A DNA stretch of 57,040 bases from Candidatus Omnitrophota bacterium (GCA_034723315.1 JAYEOV010000063.1:1-57040), one strand, 5' to 3'. Shown: positions 46,793 to 57,040, counted from the stretch's first letter. Program-made: numbers and translations. The notes: generated from the sequence alone by a model not told the origin.

Positions 46793-48243
46793 ACCTTACT
46801 ATACAGCTCCACCTTGATATACTCCCTCTTTATATCACTTTTAATCCGAAACACGGTAAAATTTTTCATTATATCCGGATCCTTATCAATATCTTCCCTG
46901 AAACAGATCTTGATGTCCAGTTTTTTTCCATAACTGAGTTCAAGGGGATTTACCACACCGTTTATCCTGCCATAATAAGTAAACCTGGATTCCTTCCTTT
47001 CCGGAACGAACATTATCTTGTCATTTTCGGACACATCGGGTAGATAAATCATTACTTGTGAGATCAGGCTCTGATACCACCTTCCGCTGATCCGCTGCTC
47101 GGCATTATAATTTATTTTTAGTCCCCAAAACACTATCAAAACGAACAGCAGAATGGCGACTAATTTACGTATGAGTCCTCTTTTTTTTAAAAAAAATCCC
47201 GTTACGAAACTTGATACAACCAGACCGAGTCCTATTGACATAAGGTAACAATAATGAAGCTTGGCGGCAGAATAAACCGATATTAAGACTGTGGGAGTTA
47301 CCATCCAGATCCCACCGATCCATAAAAGCCGGTCTTTTGTTTTTCTGAAATCACGATTTTTAACCAGCGCAAATAAGAGAAATACCGCAAAAACAAACCC
47401 GGTTACCGCCTTTAACAGTTTTGGGTTATACGTGCCTATCAGCATCAATTGAAGCATCCTCAATATTGTCGCCGCCTGGTCTATCCCGTTAAAATGAAAC
47501 GAGTATCCATAAGAAAAAGGATATCGGTATATCACGTAATTGACCAGGTAGAGAAATATCGCCAGGCCGAAAAGGACATATTTTCCCCAGAATTTTTTGT
47601 GAATTATATCTCTATATTTTTTTTGCGGATCAGAGATGAGTTCAAGACTCATCATAATAACAGAAAGAAAGAACACGGACATCTCCTTTGAGAATATGGA
47701 AAAGACAAACGAGACTAAAGCGCCAACGTAAAAAATCCCTTTCCTGGACTGCAGGAACCTATACCAGTAAATAAGCGTCAATAAAATAAAAAAAGCGTTC
47801 ACCATCGAAGGAATATTTGCTATCCCCAAAACCCCCATAAAATGCTCGAAGTGAAAGGCAAATATCAGGCAGGTTATGAACGCGTACGTCTTGTGTTTTG
47901 AGATCATGTGAACGAAATTATAGCAAAGGACAATATTAAATAAGTGAACAAGCAGCATGAAAACATGGTAAGGAGCCGGATTCATCCTGAACGCATGATA
48001 GATATTGCAGAAAAACATCAGGGGTACCGGCCTGAAAAACTTCGTCCTATACCATAAAGGCTTGTAAAACGGATTGAAATATTTAAAGCAATTATCTGTA
48101 ACCGACGCGAATTTTAACCAGCCGTAATCGTCACCCACAAAAAAATAATGCAAACCCTTCCAGTACACCAGAATGGAAAGTGTCAGCAGCAGGAACAACT
48201 GCCATTTTTTCTCCCGAAGTAACGATGTTATAAATACCATCAT
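46780..48243 (-). CDS. Multi-TM membrane protein, GT-C/PMT-like glycosyltransferase
   Basis: First TM followed by F.GDD, FRP, YH...L..H..N, SKE; about 11-12 TM segments. Confidence 0.65.
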   Translation of the reverse strand: MMVFITSLLREKKWQLFLLLTLSILVYWKGLHYFFVGDDYGWLKFASVTDNCFKYFNPFYKPLWYRTKFFRPVPLMFFCNIYHAFRMNPAPYHVFMLLVHLFNIVLCYNFVHMISKHKTYAFITCLIFAFHFEHFMGVLGIANIPSMVNAFFILLTLIYWYRFLQSRKGIFYVGALVSFVFSIFSKEMSVFFLSVIMMSLELISDPQKKYRDIIHKKFWGKYVLFGLAIFLYLVNYVIYRYPFSYGYSFHFNGIDQAATILRMLQLMLIGTYNPKLLKAVTGFVFAVFLLFALVKNRDFRKTKDRLLWIGGIWMVTPTVLISVYSAAKLHYCYLMSIGLGLVVSSFVTGFFLKKRGLIRKLVAILLFVLIVFWGLKINYNAEQRISGRWYQSLISQVMIYLPDVSENDKIMFVPERKESRFTYYGRINGVVNPLELSYGKKLDIKICFREDIDKDPDIMKNFTVFRIKSDIKREYIKVELYSKVWKE

Positions 48244-49712
48244 GTCTTCTTGTTTTCCGGAATATTAGCCCACAATTTTCTGATGACTACAGCCAGACAA
48301 AATATGATTAGAAAGAAAAACGCGAAAAATATTAACTGGCGTCCTATCAGTCCCATAAAAAGATGCCTGTTATCCGGCAGAAGAAGTTCTTTCAAATGCA
48401 CGTTCGGACGCCCCACGTATGTATGGAATATTTCAACACCTAATTCCCTGGGTAAGACTTCTGAAAACAATGTCGGCATGCCGAAACTGCTTACAAACAC
48501 CTTGGAAGCATAAACAACCGGCCAGCTCCCGTAAGGAAGAAGCCCGGCCTGGGCTCCGAGATACGCAAAAAAGACGCTTACCCCACCCAACGCGTAAAGA
48601 ACAGGCCGTTTTACCTTATCAATGATGCAGGCCACGGGTATCATCATAAACGGACAAACGGGCAGAAAATAGCGGACCACTATATGTGCCTCATGAGGCC
48701 ATGCCACACAATATGGGTCCGCCTTTCTGACATATGACGAGCATATCAAGCCCGTAAACAGAAAGACGGAAGCGATCACCGACATTTCCGCCCTGAACTT
48801 TTTCCGCCTGAACGCTTCCACTACCCCCCACAGGGACAGGAGCATAACAGGCATGTAAACGAAAAAAGCCACCTTGAGTCCGAAGAAAAGATCAACTAAA
48901 TTGCGAAGTCTGGGATACGTCATCATGTTCGGGTTCTGTCTTATGCGATACGAATACGGCATCGTGAAGAACGACCCGAATGCGATCTTCATATACCCGG
49001 AAAGCAACGCCACCGGCAAAAAGGCTCCCGCAAGCATCACCGGTACCCTCTTGATACCTCCCGTGCAAGCACCGTAAACAAAAAGGACCAGGCTTATCGG
49101 GGCCATCCCCAAGTGACACGCCACTGCCGCACCTCCCAGAAAACCGCTCCAGAAATAAGGAGCGCTGCCTTCCGTCTCACCCAACCGTGAGCAGAACAGC
49201 AGAAAAAAAGCCGTAAAAACGTAAAGCGTCGCCTGTATGCCATTATAAAGCGCCGTCGAATATCCAAAATTCATTGTTCCGAACGCGAACAGGAACGTAA
49301 GAAGCAACCGGTCATTCTCTTTCACGTCCAGGCGACGTAAGAAGGAATAGAACAGCACCGCGATAAGCGCTCCGCAGACTGACGCTATGAATACGATCGA
49401 GAGAATATGCACGGCGAGAAACCTGGACCAGTCGGCCAAACCACCCATTAAAGGCCTGGAGATAAAATAAAGCGGGATCACGAGAGCGCTCCCTCCGGGC
49501 AAGTGCCCGGACATGTAATGCCCGCCATAGGTCGAAACATCCACGGAATTCACCCCGTATCTCATGTAAATATCACCGTGGTCAATAACCGATATGGCCA
49601 GGTCTACCAGGATGGCAGACATCGATTCCGGCTTGATATATATAAATAATAGATATACAAGCCATACCGTCAGAAATATTTTCACTTTTACACTTAATAC
49701 TCTTACGTTCAA
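48240..49712 (-). CDS. Multi-TM membrane protein, possible GT-C glycosyltransferase
   Basis: D.S.Y.GHY.S...PG...L..P, many TMs, RYFLP; in a glycan locus. Confidence 0.55.
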   Translation of the reverse strand: MNVRVLSVKVKIFLTVWLVYLLFIYIKPESMSAILVDLAISVIDHGDIYMRYGVNSVDVSTYGGHYMSGHLPGGSALVIPLYFISRPLMGGLADWSRFLAVHILSIVFIASVCGALIAVLFYSFLRRLDVKENDRLLLTFLFAFGTMNFGYSTALYNGIQATLYVFTAFFLLFCSRLGETEGSAPYFWSGFLGGAAVACHLGMAPISLVLFVYGACTGGIKRVPVMLAGAFLPVALLSGYMKIAFGSFFTMPYSYRIRQNPNMMTYPRLRNLVDLFFGLKVAFFVYMPVMLLSLWGVVEAFRRKKFRAEMSVIASVFLFTGLICSSYVRKADPYCVAWPHEAHIVVRYFLPVCPFMMIPVACIIDKVKRPVLYALGGVSVFFAYLGAQAGLLPYGSWPVVYASKVFVSSFGMPTLFSEVLPRELGVEIFHTYVGRPNVHLKELLLPDNRHLFMGLIGRQLIFFAFFFLIIFCLAVVIRKLWANIPENKKT

Positions 49713-49721
49713 TCTTCCCCC

Positions 49722-50924
49722 TTACCCTTCCATCAGCTCTTTCGTAGCCGCGTGGACCTTTTCCGGGTCGATATTTTTCAAACATTCGTTCTCGCCCGAT
49801 TCGCACCTGTCCCTCCTGTAATACAAGGTGCACGGCCAACAGGAGATCCTATTATGCAAAACGATGTTCCTGTCAGCGACAGGAGCGCATGTTTCCGGAT
49901 CCGTCGGCCCGAAAAGAAGCACCGAAGGTGCTCCCACCCCAGCCGCTATATGCGCGGGGCCGGAATCGTTACCGACAAAAACTCGCGATCTGGAAATGAC
50001 AACACCAAGCTCTCCCAGACCCAGATCACATGCCAGAACCGTTTGCGGGATTTCAGTTTTATCTTTTATCGCCTTCAATAATGGCTCATCCGATGGCGAA
50101 CCGACAAGAACGGTTATTAACCCTTCCCCGTCGAACATCATCTTGACAAGCCGGGCGAAATATTCGGCAGGCCACCTTTTGGGGGGCCATTTAGCACCCG
50201 GATGCATCGCGACAAAATTTTCCTTTTCCAGGCCATTTTCCTCAAAGAACATCTCGGCCTTCTTTTTATCCTGTTCGGAGATATAAAACTTTTCTTTTTC
50301 AATTGAAGCGCTACAGCCAAATTCGGCCGTGATCTCAAGATACTGTCTCAGTATATGCTTTTGTTTCAATTCGACGGCCCTGTTATAGAAATTTCTTGTG
50401 TTGCTCTTAAAAACACCGCTCTTCACCTCGCGTTTGGGACCCACAACACATGCCGCGTCTGAAAGCAACGCGCATATCACCGAACCGAAAGTCCCTCCAA
50501 GATCGATGCAGAGGTCATAACGTGTCTTTTTTAACAACTTTATCGTTTTGACCGAATTTCGGAAAAGGCGCGGATCAAAGATCATTTTTCTCCAGAACCT
50601 GTCCACGTATGTAAAAATCCTATCCACACATGGGTCCTTCTCTAACAGAACGGCGGTATGCGGCAGAGTAAGAACGCCTATCTCGCTTCCAGTGAAACGA
50701 TCCCTTAAACTCTTTAAAACCGGTGTCGACATAAGGACATCCCCTATGGAGTTTAACTGGACAAGAAGTATTTTTTTCGGAATTCGCCCGTTGACCTTGA
50801 GTCTATTTGTCCTGTCTTTCGCTCTGAACAGGACGATGTTCCAGACAATATACTCTATGCTCTCTACGGCCTGCTTCACCACATATCGAATGATCTCAAT
50901 AAGGTTCATAAGCCTTTTGTTCAC
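49722..50924 (-). CDS. GT9 (heptosyltransferase-like) glycosyltransferase
   Basis: SIGDVLM.TP, HPGA.WP.KRWP, NDSGPAH.AA, FGPT, CWPC. Confidence 0.9.
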   Translation of the reverse strand: MNKRLMNLIEIIRYVVKQAVESIEYIVWNIVLFRAKDRTNRLKVNGRIPKKILLVQLNSIGDVLMSTPVLKSLRDRFTGSEIGVLTLPHTAVLLEKDPCVDRIFTYVDRFWRKMIFDPRLFRNSVKTIKLLKKTRYDLCIDLGGTFGSVICALLSDAACVVGPKREVKSGVFKSNTRNFYNRAVELKQKHILRQYLEITAEFGCSASIEKEKFYISEQDKKKAEMFFEENGLEKENFVAMHPGAKWPPKRWPAEYFARLVKMMFDGEGLITVLVGSPSDEPLLKAIKDKTEIPQTVLACDLGLGELGVVISRSRVFVGNDSGPAHIAAGVGAPSVLLFGPTDPETCAPVADRNIVLHNRISCWPCTLYYRRDRCESGENECLKNIDPEKVHAATKELMEG

Positions 50925-50946
50925 TTCCTACAGCTTCAGATCAGTA

Positions 50947-52080
50947 TCATTTGCCCCTCGAATATACTTTAAGGGTCCTGTCCGCGATCCTGTCCCAGTC
51001 AAATTCTTCCGCCAGTTCGTTAACACCCACGGATAACTTCTCGCGAAGATCCTTGTCTTTCGCCAGGCGTTCAACAGCCCCGGCAAGCCGAACGGGATCC
51101 CCTCTCTCCACCAGGACAACGTTCTTACCATCCTTGAAATACGGTACCTCTACCCGCGGGAATGTGCTTATTATCGGGAGTCCGTTCACTATACCCGCCA
51201 TAAGCGACCCTCTGCGAATTGATATCCCGTCGGTATAAGGAACAACGTAGATATCCGATGCCTTCAACAGGGCCGATGCCTGCTGCTGGTCCAGTTTTCC
51301 GGTCCAGATGAAATTCTTTTCCATACCCCTCATCCTGATAAGACTCTTGAGATAGTTGCGGAATTCAACATCCTCGTCCCTAATAGCGCCTATCTGTAAC
51401 ACGTAATACCTGCCGTTCACGTTCAACCTGTTAAGCGCGTCGATCAGGTCTTCAAATCCCTTTCCCGGATTGGAAAACCCAAAATTGCTCAGGATAACCG
51501 CGTCTTTCACAATACCATATTTCTTTGCAAGCAACTCCCGGGTCTGCCTGATATCGGTCTCCGCAGGGGAAACGTTTGCGCCTATTGGTATCTGTGAAAA
51601 TTTCCCTTTGAACAGACCCAGCCATTTCCTGAAAAGAAAAGCGACCTCCTCATTCGTACCGATGATCTTGTGGCTGAATGCCGACAGCAGCAAGGCATTA
51701 AGTCTGGAGATCCACTTCCCGCCCACAAGAGTATGAAAGGTCGTGACAAAGAGAATGTCGTGAATGCTTATCTGGATCAAAAACGGCAGAAATTTGAACG
51801 TCACACCGAACCCGTAGGAAACCGGAGTATACTGCAGGTGGACAACGTCAAACCGCCCCTCCCTGATCTTCCTAAAAGCCTTTACCAGCTCACGGATACC
51901 CCAGTATCCGTCCCCTATCTTGATAACCCTTTGGTCATCCCCCGCGTAACGACCCGAAGCGATCACATGAACGTCATGCCCGCGTTGCCTGAGTTTCTGG
52001 ACTAATATACGCGTATAATCACCTATGCCATCCGCCTGGTAATTCGGCGAATATATGGAGAAAATCATACAGATCTTCAT
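50947..52080 (-). CDS. GT4 glycosyltransferase
   Basis: DGIGDYT, HLQY, FGF..P.KG, PY.DG.S.RRGSL.A. Confidence 0.85.
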   Translation of the reverse strand: MKICMIFSIYSPNYQADGIGDYTRILVQKLRQRGHDVHVIASGRYAGDDQRVIKIGDGYWGIRELVKAFRKIREGRFDVVHLQYTPVSYGFGVTFKFLPFLIQISIHDILFVTTFHTLVGGKWISRLNALLLSAFSHKIIGTNEEVAFLFRKWLGLFKGKFSQIPIGANVSPAETDIRQTRELLAKKYGIVKDAVILSNFGFSNPGKGFEDLIDALNRLNVNGRYYVLQIGAIRDEDVEFRNYLKSLIRMRGMEKNFIWTGKLDQQQASALLKASDIYVVPYTDGISIRRGSLMAGIVNGLPIISTFPRVEVPYFKDGKNVVLVERGDPVRLAGAVERLAKDKDLREKLSVGVNELAEEFDWDRIADRTLKVYSRGK

Positions 52081-53252
52081 TTTCCAAATATTTTCAAGAG
52101 TTTTTCGATATGCAGATCAGGGGCATATTTTTTCTCCGCGAGTTTACGTGCTTTTCGCCCAAATTCTATCGCTTTTTCAGGATCACCCAGAAAACAATCT
52201 ATCCTGTCTGCCATTTTTTCCTTGTTATACGGCTCGATCAAAAATCCAGTTTCGCCATCAATAAGCCAGTCGGAAATACCTCCGACATTAAATGCTACAG
52301 CGGACCTTCCAAAAAACGCCGCCTCTATCCCGCATATACCGAACGGTTCAGGCCACACAGATGGCACTACCAAAAAAGAAGCCCTCCGGTAATACTCAGG
52401 AAGATGCTCATGCCCCACCCATCCGTGAAATCTTACCTGTCCGGCTATTCCCAGGCTTTTTGCTTTTTCCCAGGAAATCTTTTCCATGGGCCCGGTCCCG
52501 ACTACATCAAGTATATAATCTTTCTCCACAAGCTTAAGCACATCAAAGAGCAGAACCAATCCCTTGCCCTCCGCGATCCGTCCCGTAAAGAGTATGCGTC
52601 TTCTGTCTGGTGTCTCACCCGCCTGTTGCTGCCGGTAATCCACAAAATACGGCAAAACGCTGATCCTGCCGGGCTCTATCCCATTGTTGATCAACGTTTC
52701 CTTCATATGTCCTGTCGCGACAATGATCTTCTCAAGGCGTTTCGTCGCTTCCAGAACGCTTTTTGCCCGCAGATACGCCTTTATCCCCTTCACGGGGTTA
52801 CGCGGCATCACCCCTCTCGTATACGCCCGCACAAAACATGCCGGCGAAAGCGGATAGCTATTTGCCTCGACAGGGTTACAAAGCAGCATCTTTCCGTCAG
52901 GATCCACGGTTTTGTAGCCGTGGATATACCTGACCGTCGGAACTTGAGTCGCAAAATAATCTATTACTTTCGCATTTTCAACATTATGTAAATACGCGAT
53001 GTCCGGGGAAAACTCCCGGAGGACAGCATTTAATCTGTCCCTTGTTTTCCCGGTCATAATCAATTCATTATTCCAAAGAGCAGTTATCCTGTAATGTTCG
53101 CTGAATCCGGCCCTTGCTCCCTCCCGGACTTCATCCCAATGGACAATCCCGATCTTATGGCCCTCATCCTGTAACCGCACGGCAAGAGCGTTAATATAAT
53201 ATTCTACGCCGCCGGTCTTTACTGAATATTTATTTGCAAAAAGAATGTTCAT
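52077..53252 (-). CDS. GT4 glycosyltransferase
   Basis: GGVE.Y, GR....KG, PSVWPEPFG..GIEA, VGGI.DW. Confidence 0.9.
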   Translation of the reverse strand: MNILFANKYSVKTGGVEYYINALAVRLQDEGHKIGIVHWDEVREGARAGFSEHYRITALWNNELIMTGKTRDRLNAVLREFSPDIAYLHNVENAKVIDYFATQVPTVRYIHGYKTVDPDGKMLLCNPVEANSYPLSPACFVRAYTRGVMPRNPVKGIKAYLRAKSVLEATKRLEKIIVATGHMKETLINNGIEPGRISVLPYFVDYRQQQAGETPDRRRILFTGRIAEGKGLVLLFDVLKLVEKDYILDVVGTGPMEKISWEKAKSLGIAGQVRFHGWVGHEHLPEYYRRASFLVVPSVWPEPFGICGIEAAFFGRSAVAFNVGGISDWLIDGETGFLIEPYNKEKMADRIDCFLGDPEKAIEFGRKARKLAEKKYAPDLHIEKLLKIFGK

Positions 53253-53293
53253 AACCCAGGCCCAATAACAAACAATCAGGATTTAAAAATCGA

Positions 53294-54088
53294 TCACGGT
53301 TTCCTATACACATAAATAACATTCTTCATGAACAAATGACCATAAAGACCTTCCAATCTTTCCCATGATCTTTCCCAAAAACGGGATATGGTCTTCTGTC
53401 CCGGACAGTCTTTAACAAAGGGTATTTTTTCCATCTTGCGATTCAGTGTCTTCAGGATAAAAACTATCTCAAATAGCGAACGCCAGTAATCATATCCGCA
53501 TTTTTCTAAAAACTCCAACTCTAGATAATCACCAAACCGTTTCAGTTGCCCGCTGGAATACTCCTTCTCATTTCCCCATTCCCACCGGCCCAGCAGTGCC
53601 ATAAGATGTTTATACAAAGTATAAACCGTATATTTCTGAGGAACGTTGACTATTAAAACTCCTCCCGGTTTGAGCACTCTTACCTGTTCCCTAAGCACGT
53701 AGATCGGTGTCTCAAAATGTTCTATCAAGCCCTGACTGAAAACCATATCAAATGAATCGTCCGCAAATTCCAGGTTCCGAACATCACCTAAAGCTAAATA
53801 AACCTTTTTACTGAAATATTGTTGTATTTTCCGCGCAATAACAAAAGCTTCTTGGGATATATCTATACCGAACATCTCTGCCTCGCACCCTTCGGCTATT
53901 ATGTGTAAATCGATTGCCGCACCGCACCCGACTTCCAATGCCTTGAGCTTGTTGCCTTTTGCTAAATATTTTATGATGAGATCAAGATATTTTATCCTGC
54001 TCTTTCTATGCGCTATTATCTGCCTCCCAAGATCCTCATGTTCCCATTTTTTCCAAACCCGCTCGTATCTTTCGTTCATGTTAGCCAT
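53294..54088 (-). CDS. Class I SAM-dependent methyltransferase
   Basis: LEVGCG, GIDIS, FD.VFSQGLIEHF, RVLKPGG. Start at MANM, right after the upstream stop. Confidence 0.88.
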   Translation of the reverse strand: MANMNERYERVWKKWEHEDLGRQIIAHRKSRIKYLDLIIKYLAKGNKLKALEVGCGAAIDLHIIAEGCEAEMFGIDISQEAFVIARKIQQYFSKKVYLALGDVRNLEFADDSFDMVFSQGLIEHFETPIYVLREQVRVLKPGGVLIVNVPQKYTVYTLYKHLMALLGRWEWGNEKEYSSGQLKRFGDYLELEFLEKCGYDYWRSLFEIVFILKTLNRKMEKIPFVKDCPGQKTISRFWERSWERLEGLYGHLFMKNVIYVYRKP

Positions 54089-54089
54089 A

Positions 54090-55259
54090 TCAACCCTGGG
54101 CAATTTCTATCAACAGTGTTTCGATTTTATCGATAAACCTTTCCAGAGAAAACTTTTGCACTGCTTTCTGCCGTGCCCGTCCACCCAACGCCAGTCTCTT
54201 CCCTCTGTCCTCTATCAACGGACCTAGAGTCCCGGCGAGCGATGCCGGATTGTTGGGATCCACTAAGACACCATCCATCCCGTCATTGACATTTTCAGGG
54301 ATCGCATCAACCCTCGAAGCTACCACAGGCAGCCCGGATGCCATAGCCTCTATCAGTGTTATTCCAAAAGGTTCCTCCAGCGAAGGAATAACTGCTATAT
54401 CCGCCTGGCGATAATACTCCGGCAGGTCCCTCTGCGGGACCATACCCCTGAAGACGAAACTCTCTTTTAATCCATAGTTTTCCACATCGCTTTTAATGGC
54501 TTTTTCATAATCATCATTTCCCTTCCCGATAATCTGCACTTGAAAGCCATAACCTTTCACCTTAAGTATCCGGGCTGCTTCCACCAGGACATGAACCCCT
54601 TTGCTTGGAAAAAGTCTTCCTACGTAAATGATATTTGCGAGACGTGAACTATCTTTCTTCTCTACCGGCCTGAACATGTGCGTATCCACTCCATGAGGCA
54701 CTATAAGCAATTTTTCTTCTTTAAATCCCGCTTTCAGATAATCATCGAACAATTTCCTGCTGGGACATAATATTTTCTGAAAGTCAAAATCGCCGTATAA
54801 ATACTTTTTAACTAAGTGGTTATAAATACTTGATTTATCACGGTTGGTCTTTAATTTTGCTAGCCAGTCATCCGGAACAAAAAATACTACCGGGATTTTT
54901 AACCTGAGCGCCGCCATAACCGGACGAAAAGATATGCCTCTAACGCTTCTGACAAAAAATACCGAAAAATTACCCCTCTTCAAAAAATCTCTCGCAATAA
55001 AATAAGATACCGTATCCAAGTTCAGTTTTCGTAAAAAAGACAGCCTGGACACGGTATCCCTCGGGTCGTTATAACGCGGAATCTTCCTGTAAATACGATC
55101 TTCGACGGAAGGGCGGCCGACATAACCGCTCAATACGGACACATCGTGTCCGCGACCTGACATCGTTTCATAGATCAATTGCGCTGTCCTCTCTGCCCCG
55201 CCAAGATGATCGGGAGGATAAAACTCGTTGAATATCGCTATTTTCAAAAACTTATCCAT
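54090..55259 (-). CDS. GT4 glycosyltransferase
   Basis: YPP...GGAE, GVD, VGRL...KG, PS.EEPFGI.LIEAMASG.PV. Alternative TTG start at 55307. Confidence 0.9.
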   Translation of the reverse strand: MDKFLKIAIFNEFYPPDHLGGAERTAQLIYETMSGRGHDVSVLSGYVGRPSVEDRIYRKIPRYNDPRDTVSRLSFLRKLNLDTVSYFIARDFLKRGNFSVFFVRSVRGISFRPVMAALRLKIPVVFFVPDDWLAKLKTNRDKSSIYNHLVKKYLYGDFDFQKILCPSRKLFDDYLKAGFKEEKLLIVPHGVDTHMFRPVEKKDSSRLANIIYVGRLFPSKGVHVLVEAARILKVKGYGFQVQIIGKGNDDYEKAIKSDVENYGLKESFVFRGMVPQRDLPEYYRQADIAVIPSLEEPFGITLIEAMASGLPVVASRVDAIPENVNDGMDGVLVDPNNPASLAGTLGPLIEDRGKRLALGGRARQKAVQKFSLERFIDKIETLLIEIAQG

Positions 55260-55303
55260 TGAACCAACCGTTTTACAGCGACAGAATAAACCAGATCTTT
55301 TAA

Positions 55304-56320
55304 TCAACTGAACATAATCATTTTATCAACACACAAAGTCGGTATCTTTGTTATTGCCCATATCTGTTCCGCTTCCCCAAAACTGCTTTCCCAGAACATT
55401 TCCGGTTTTATTTCCAAAAGGATCTTTATCTTGCGTTGTGCATAACGACCCTTTCTTTCCTCCTTGGATCGAATATTCCATAACACCAGTTCTTTCCAGC
55501 GAACACCGTGTTCAAACAGCCACTTTTCCGTATCAGCGCGGTATTTCTCCAATCTGTTTGACACGATTACATCGATCTCAAAATTAGGTATAAGATAAGG
55601 TTTGGCATTTCTGATCCACTCAAGATATAACTCATTATTTACATCAACGCCGGGTGGACAATTTTCACAGATCACTCCATCCATATCCAGGGCAAGTTTA
55701 GCTTTTTTCGCATGCAAAAGATTCCATTCGAATATCCTTGGTTGTGGTATTATCTCGTAGTACAAATCTACCAGGTCTTTTGACTCTTCAGTAGCAATTA
55801 AAGCGGCTTTTGTTATTACAAGATCTTTCCGGTACGAGTATAGACAATCCAGGCTCTGCCTCATAGTCTCACCGCTGTTAATGCTGTCATCAACCAGTAA
55901 GATTTTTTTATACTCTTTAACCTTCCCAATACCTTTGCTTTTCCAATAAATATCTTTACAGAAAAGTTCAGGAACAGTAAATGGTTTCCCCAACTTTAAT
56001 GCTATCGTATTACCGACCAGCAAACCACTTCTGGGTATTCCTACTATCACATCATAACTGATCGGAAGAGACTTTATAAATTCAGTCGACCATATAAGAA
56101 GTTCATTAATAGATATAAAATTATACTTTCCGCCCTTGATCTTTCTCTGCAGATCTATAATTCGGCAATATATCCTAGACGCTGCAACATTGTCACTCCT
56201 ACGAAGAATATCCCTGAGTTCTCTATATACAGATAAAATAAAAAACAAAAGTTTTTCCCCAAAATTCTTTTCTTCTTTAATGGTTAGATTATATAAAAAT
56301 TTCGAAATTCTCTTTCTCAT
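55304..56320 (-). CDS. Phosphoribosyltransferase plus HAD-like phosphatase fusion
   Basis: VGIPRSG, LLVDDSINSGETM (PRPP-binding loop); LDMDGVIC (HAD motif I), S.R, K, ES. Confidence 0.75.
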   Translation of the reverse strand: MRKRISKFLYNLTIKEEKNFGEKLLFFILSVYRELRDILRRSDNVAASRIYCRIIDLQRKIKGGKYNFISINELLIWSTEFIKSLPISYDVIVGIPRSGLLVGNTIALKLGKPFTVPELFCKDIYWKSKGIGKVKEYKKILLVDDSINSGETMRQSLDCLYSYRKDLVITKAALIATEESKDLVDLYYEIIPQPRIFEWNLLHAKKAKLALDMDGVICENCPPGVDVNNELYLEWIRNAKPYLIPNFEIDVIVSNRLEKYRADTEKWLFEHGVRWKELVLWNIRSKEERKGRYAQRKIKILLEIKPEMFWESSFGEAEQIWAITKIPTLCVDKMIMFS

Positions 56321-57009
56321 ATCTCCTGTTTTTCCTCCATCTTTTTTTGTTTTTTCGCTACAGCCAGATATTGAAAAACAAATAATTCCCGTAATGGGGT
56401 AAAGCGAAAATATTTGGCAAACCTGTTATTAAACACGTGTGGCCTTTCTATAATCCTAAAATTTCTTTTAAGTTGAATAATTTCCAAATTTGCCCCATGA
56501 AATAATTCATTTATACCTTCCAGGGTAAAAAACCTCAGATGCATCTTATCGTGAAGGCCTCTCTCCCTGTAAGGCCAGCGCCCTAAAAAGAGCAAATTGA
56601 TTATAGTTGTGTAATGCCTTACATTTGGTATACTTGCGACAACAATACCATCGCTGTTTAGAAAGGCCGTTGTGTCTTTCAGTACTTTCCATGGGTCTTT
56701 TAAATGTTCCAAGATATCTGCAAAAATTATGCAGTCGAAGTAATTAGGAGCTAAATATTCTTTTAAACTTATTTCATCCAGATCTCCTACTATCACTTTA
56801 TCTAGTTTCTCTTTTGCAACTTCGGCCATCTTTTCGTCTATCTCAATACCTACAACCTCTGACTTAAACCGTCGCTTTAGTTGTTCTCCAAGTTTTCCAA
56901 TACTACAACCGACATCCAGAACTTTCCTGACGTTTTCAGGAATTATCCTTAAAACATCTTCCCTGTTCCCAACATACGCTATGTTAAAATCCTGATTATC
57001 TTGTGTCAT
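56317..57009 (-). CDS. Class I SAM-dependent methyltransferase
   Basis: LDVGCS.G, GIE, FD.I.FADILEHL.DP, SIPNV.H, H.RFFT. Confidence 0.88.
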   Translation of the reverse strand: MTQDNQDFNIAYVGNREDVLRIIPENVRKVLDVGCSIGKLGEQLKRRFKSEVVGIEIDEKMAEVAKEKLDKVIVGDLDEISLKEYLAPNYFDCIIFADILEHLKDPWKVLKDTTAFLNSDGIVVASIPNVRHYTTIINLLFLGRWPYRERGLHDKMHLRFFTLEGINELFHGANLEIIQLKRNFRIIERPHVFNNRFAKYFRFTPLRELFVFQYLAVAKKQKKMEEKQEI

Positions 57010-57040
57010 TGAACCCCCTGATCTTAAGGAAAAATATTGC

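Overview
Bacterial window, almost entirely minus-strand. Candidate phylum Omnitrophota/PVC is my guess from the giant secreted protein and the FabD GLSLG variant; this is unverified. There are four blocks. (1) 1-8.4 kb: a 2666-aa secreted, polymorphic-toxin-like protein with 68-aa YD-like repeats, two CBM-like domains, a C39-like protease followed directly by a double-glycine-like motif, hydrophobic helices and an AT-rich tip. An overlapping signal-peptide gene (candidate immunity) follows it. Upstream are a sigma70 promoter and an atypical c-di-GMP-I/GEMM riboswitch (A20 variant, 72-nt insertion, ON-type terminator). (2) 8.8-27.1 kb: housekeeping genes (fabD, fabH, plsX, rpmF, ackA, pta, coaD, rsmD, recG, rpmB, recJ, CDF transporter, secDF, yajC, tgt, two receiver proteins). 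Their intergenic spaces carry several palindromic repeat families and heptamer arrays. (3) 27.1-36.0 kb: an apparently complete RiPP cluster of the SynChlorMet type. It encodes two radical SAM/SPASM enzymes, a YkgJ-type Cys-cluster/RRE fusion, an HPr-kinase-like protein, an ABC exporter, PqqD/RRE, an S26 peptidase, a nucleotidyltransferase and VanZ. It also encodes a 97-aa precursor with a YxPPxI leader and seven CxxG(xxA) decamer repeats, which is the strongest candidate for an undescribed system. (4) 36.1-57.0 kb: a surface glycan/LPS locus (GT4, GT2, GT9, GT-C-like, methyltransferases, DegT, PIG-L, WbqC, PRTase-HAD). No rRNA, tRNA, CRISPR array or intact transposase was seen. All family assignments come from motif recognition by eye, not from database searches.
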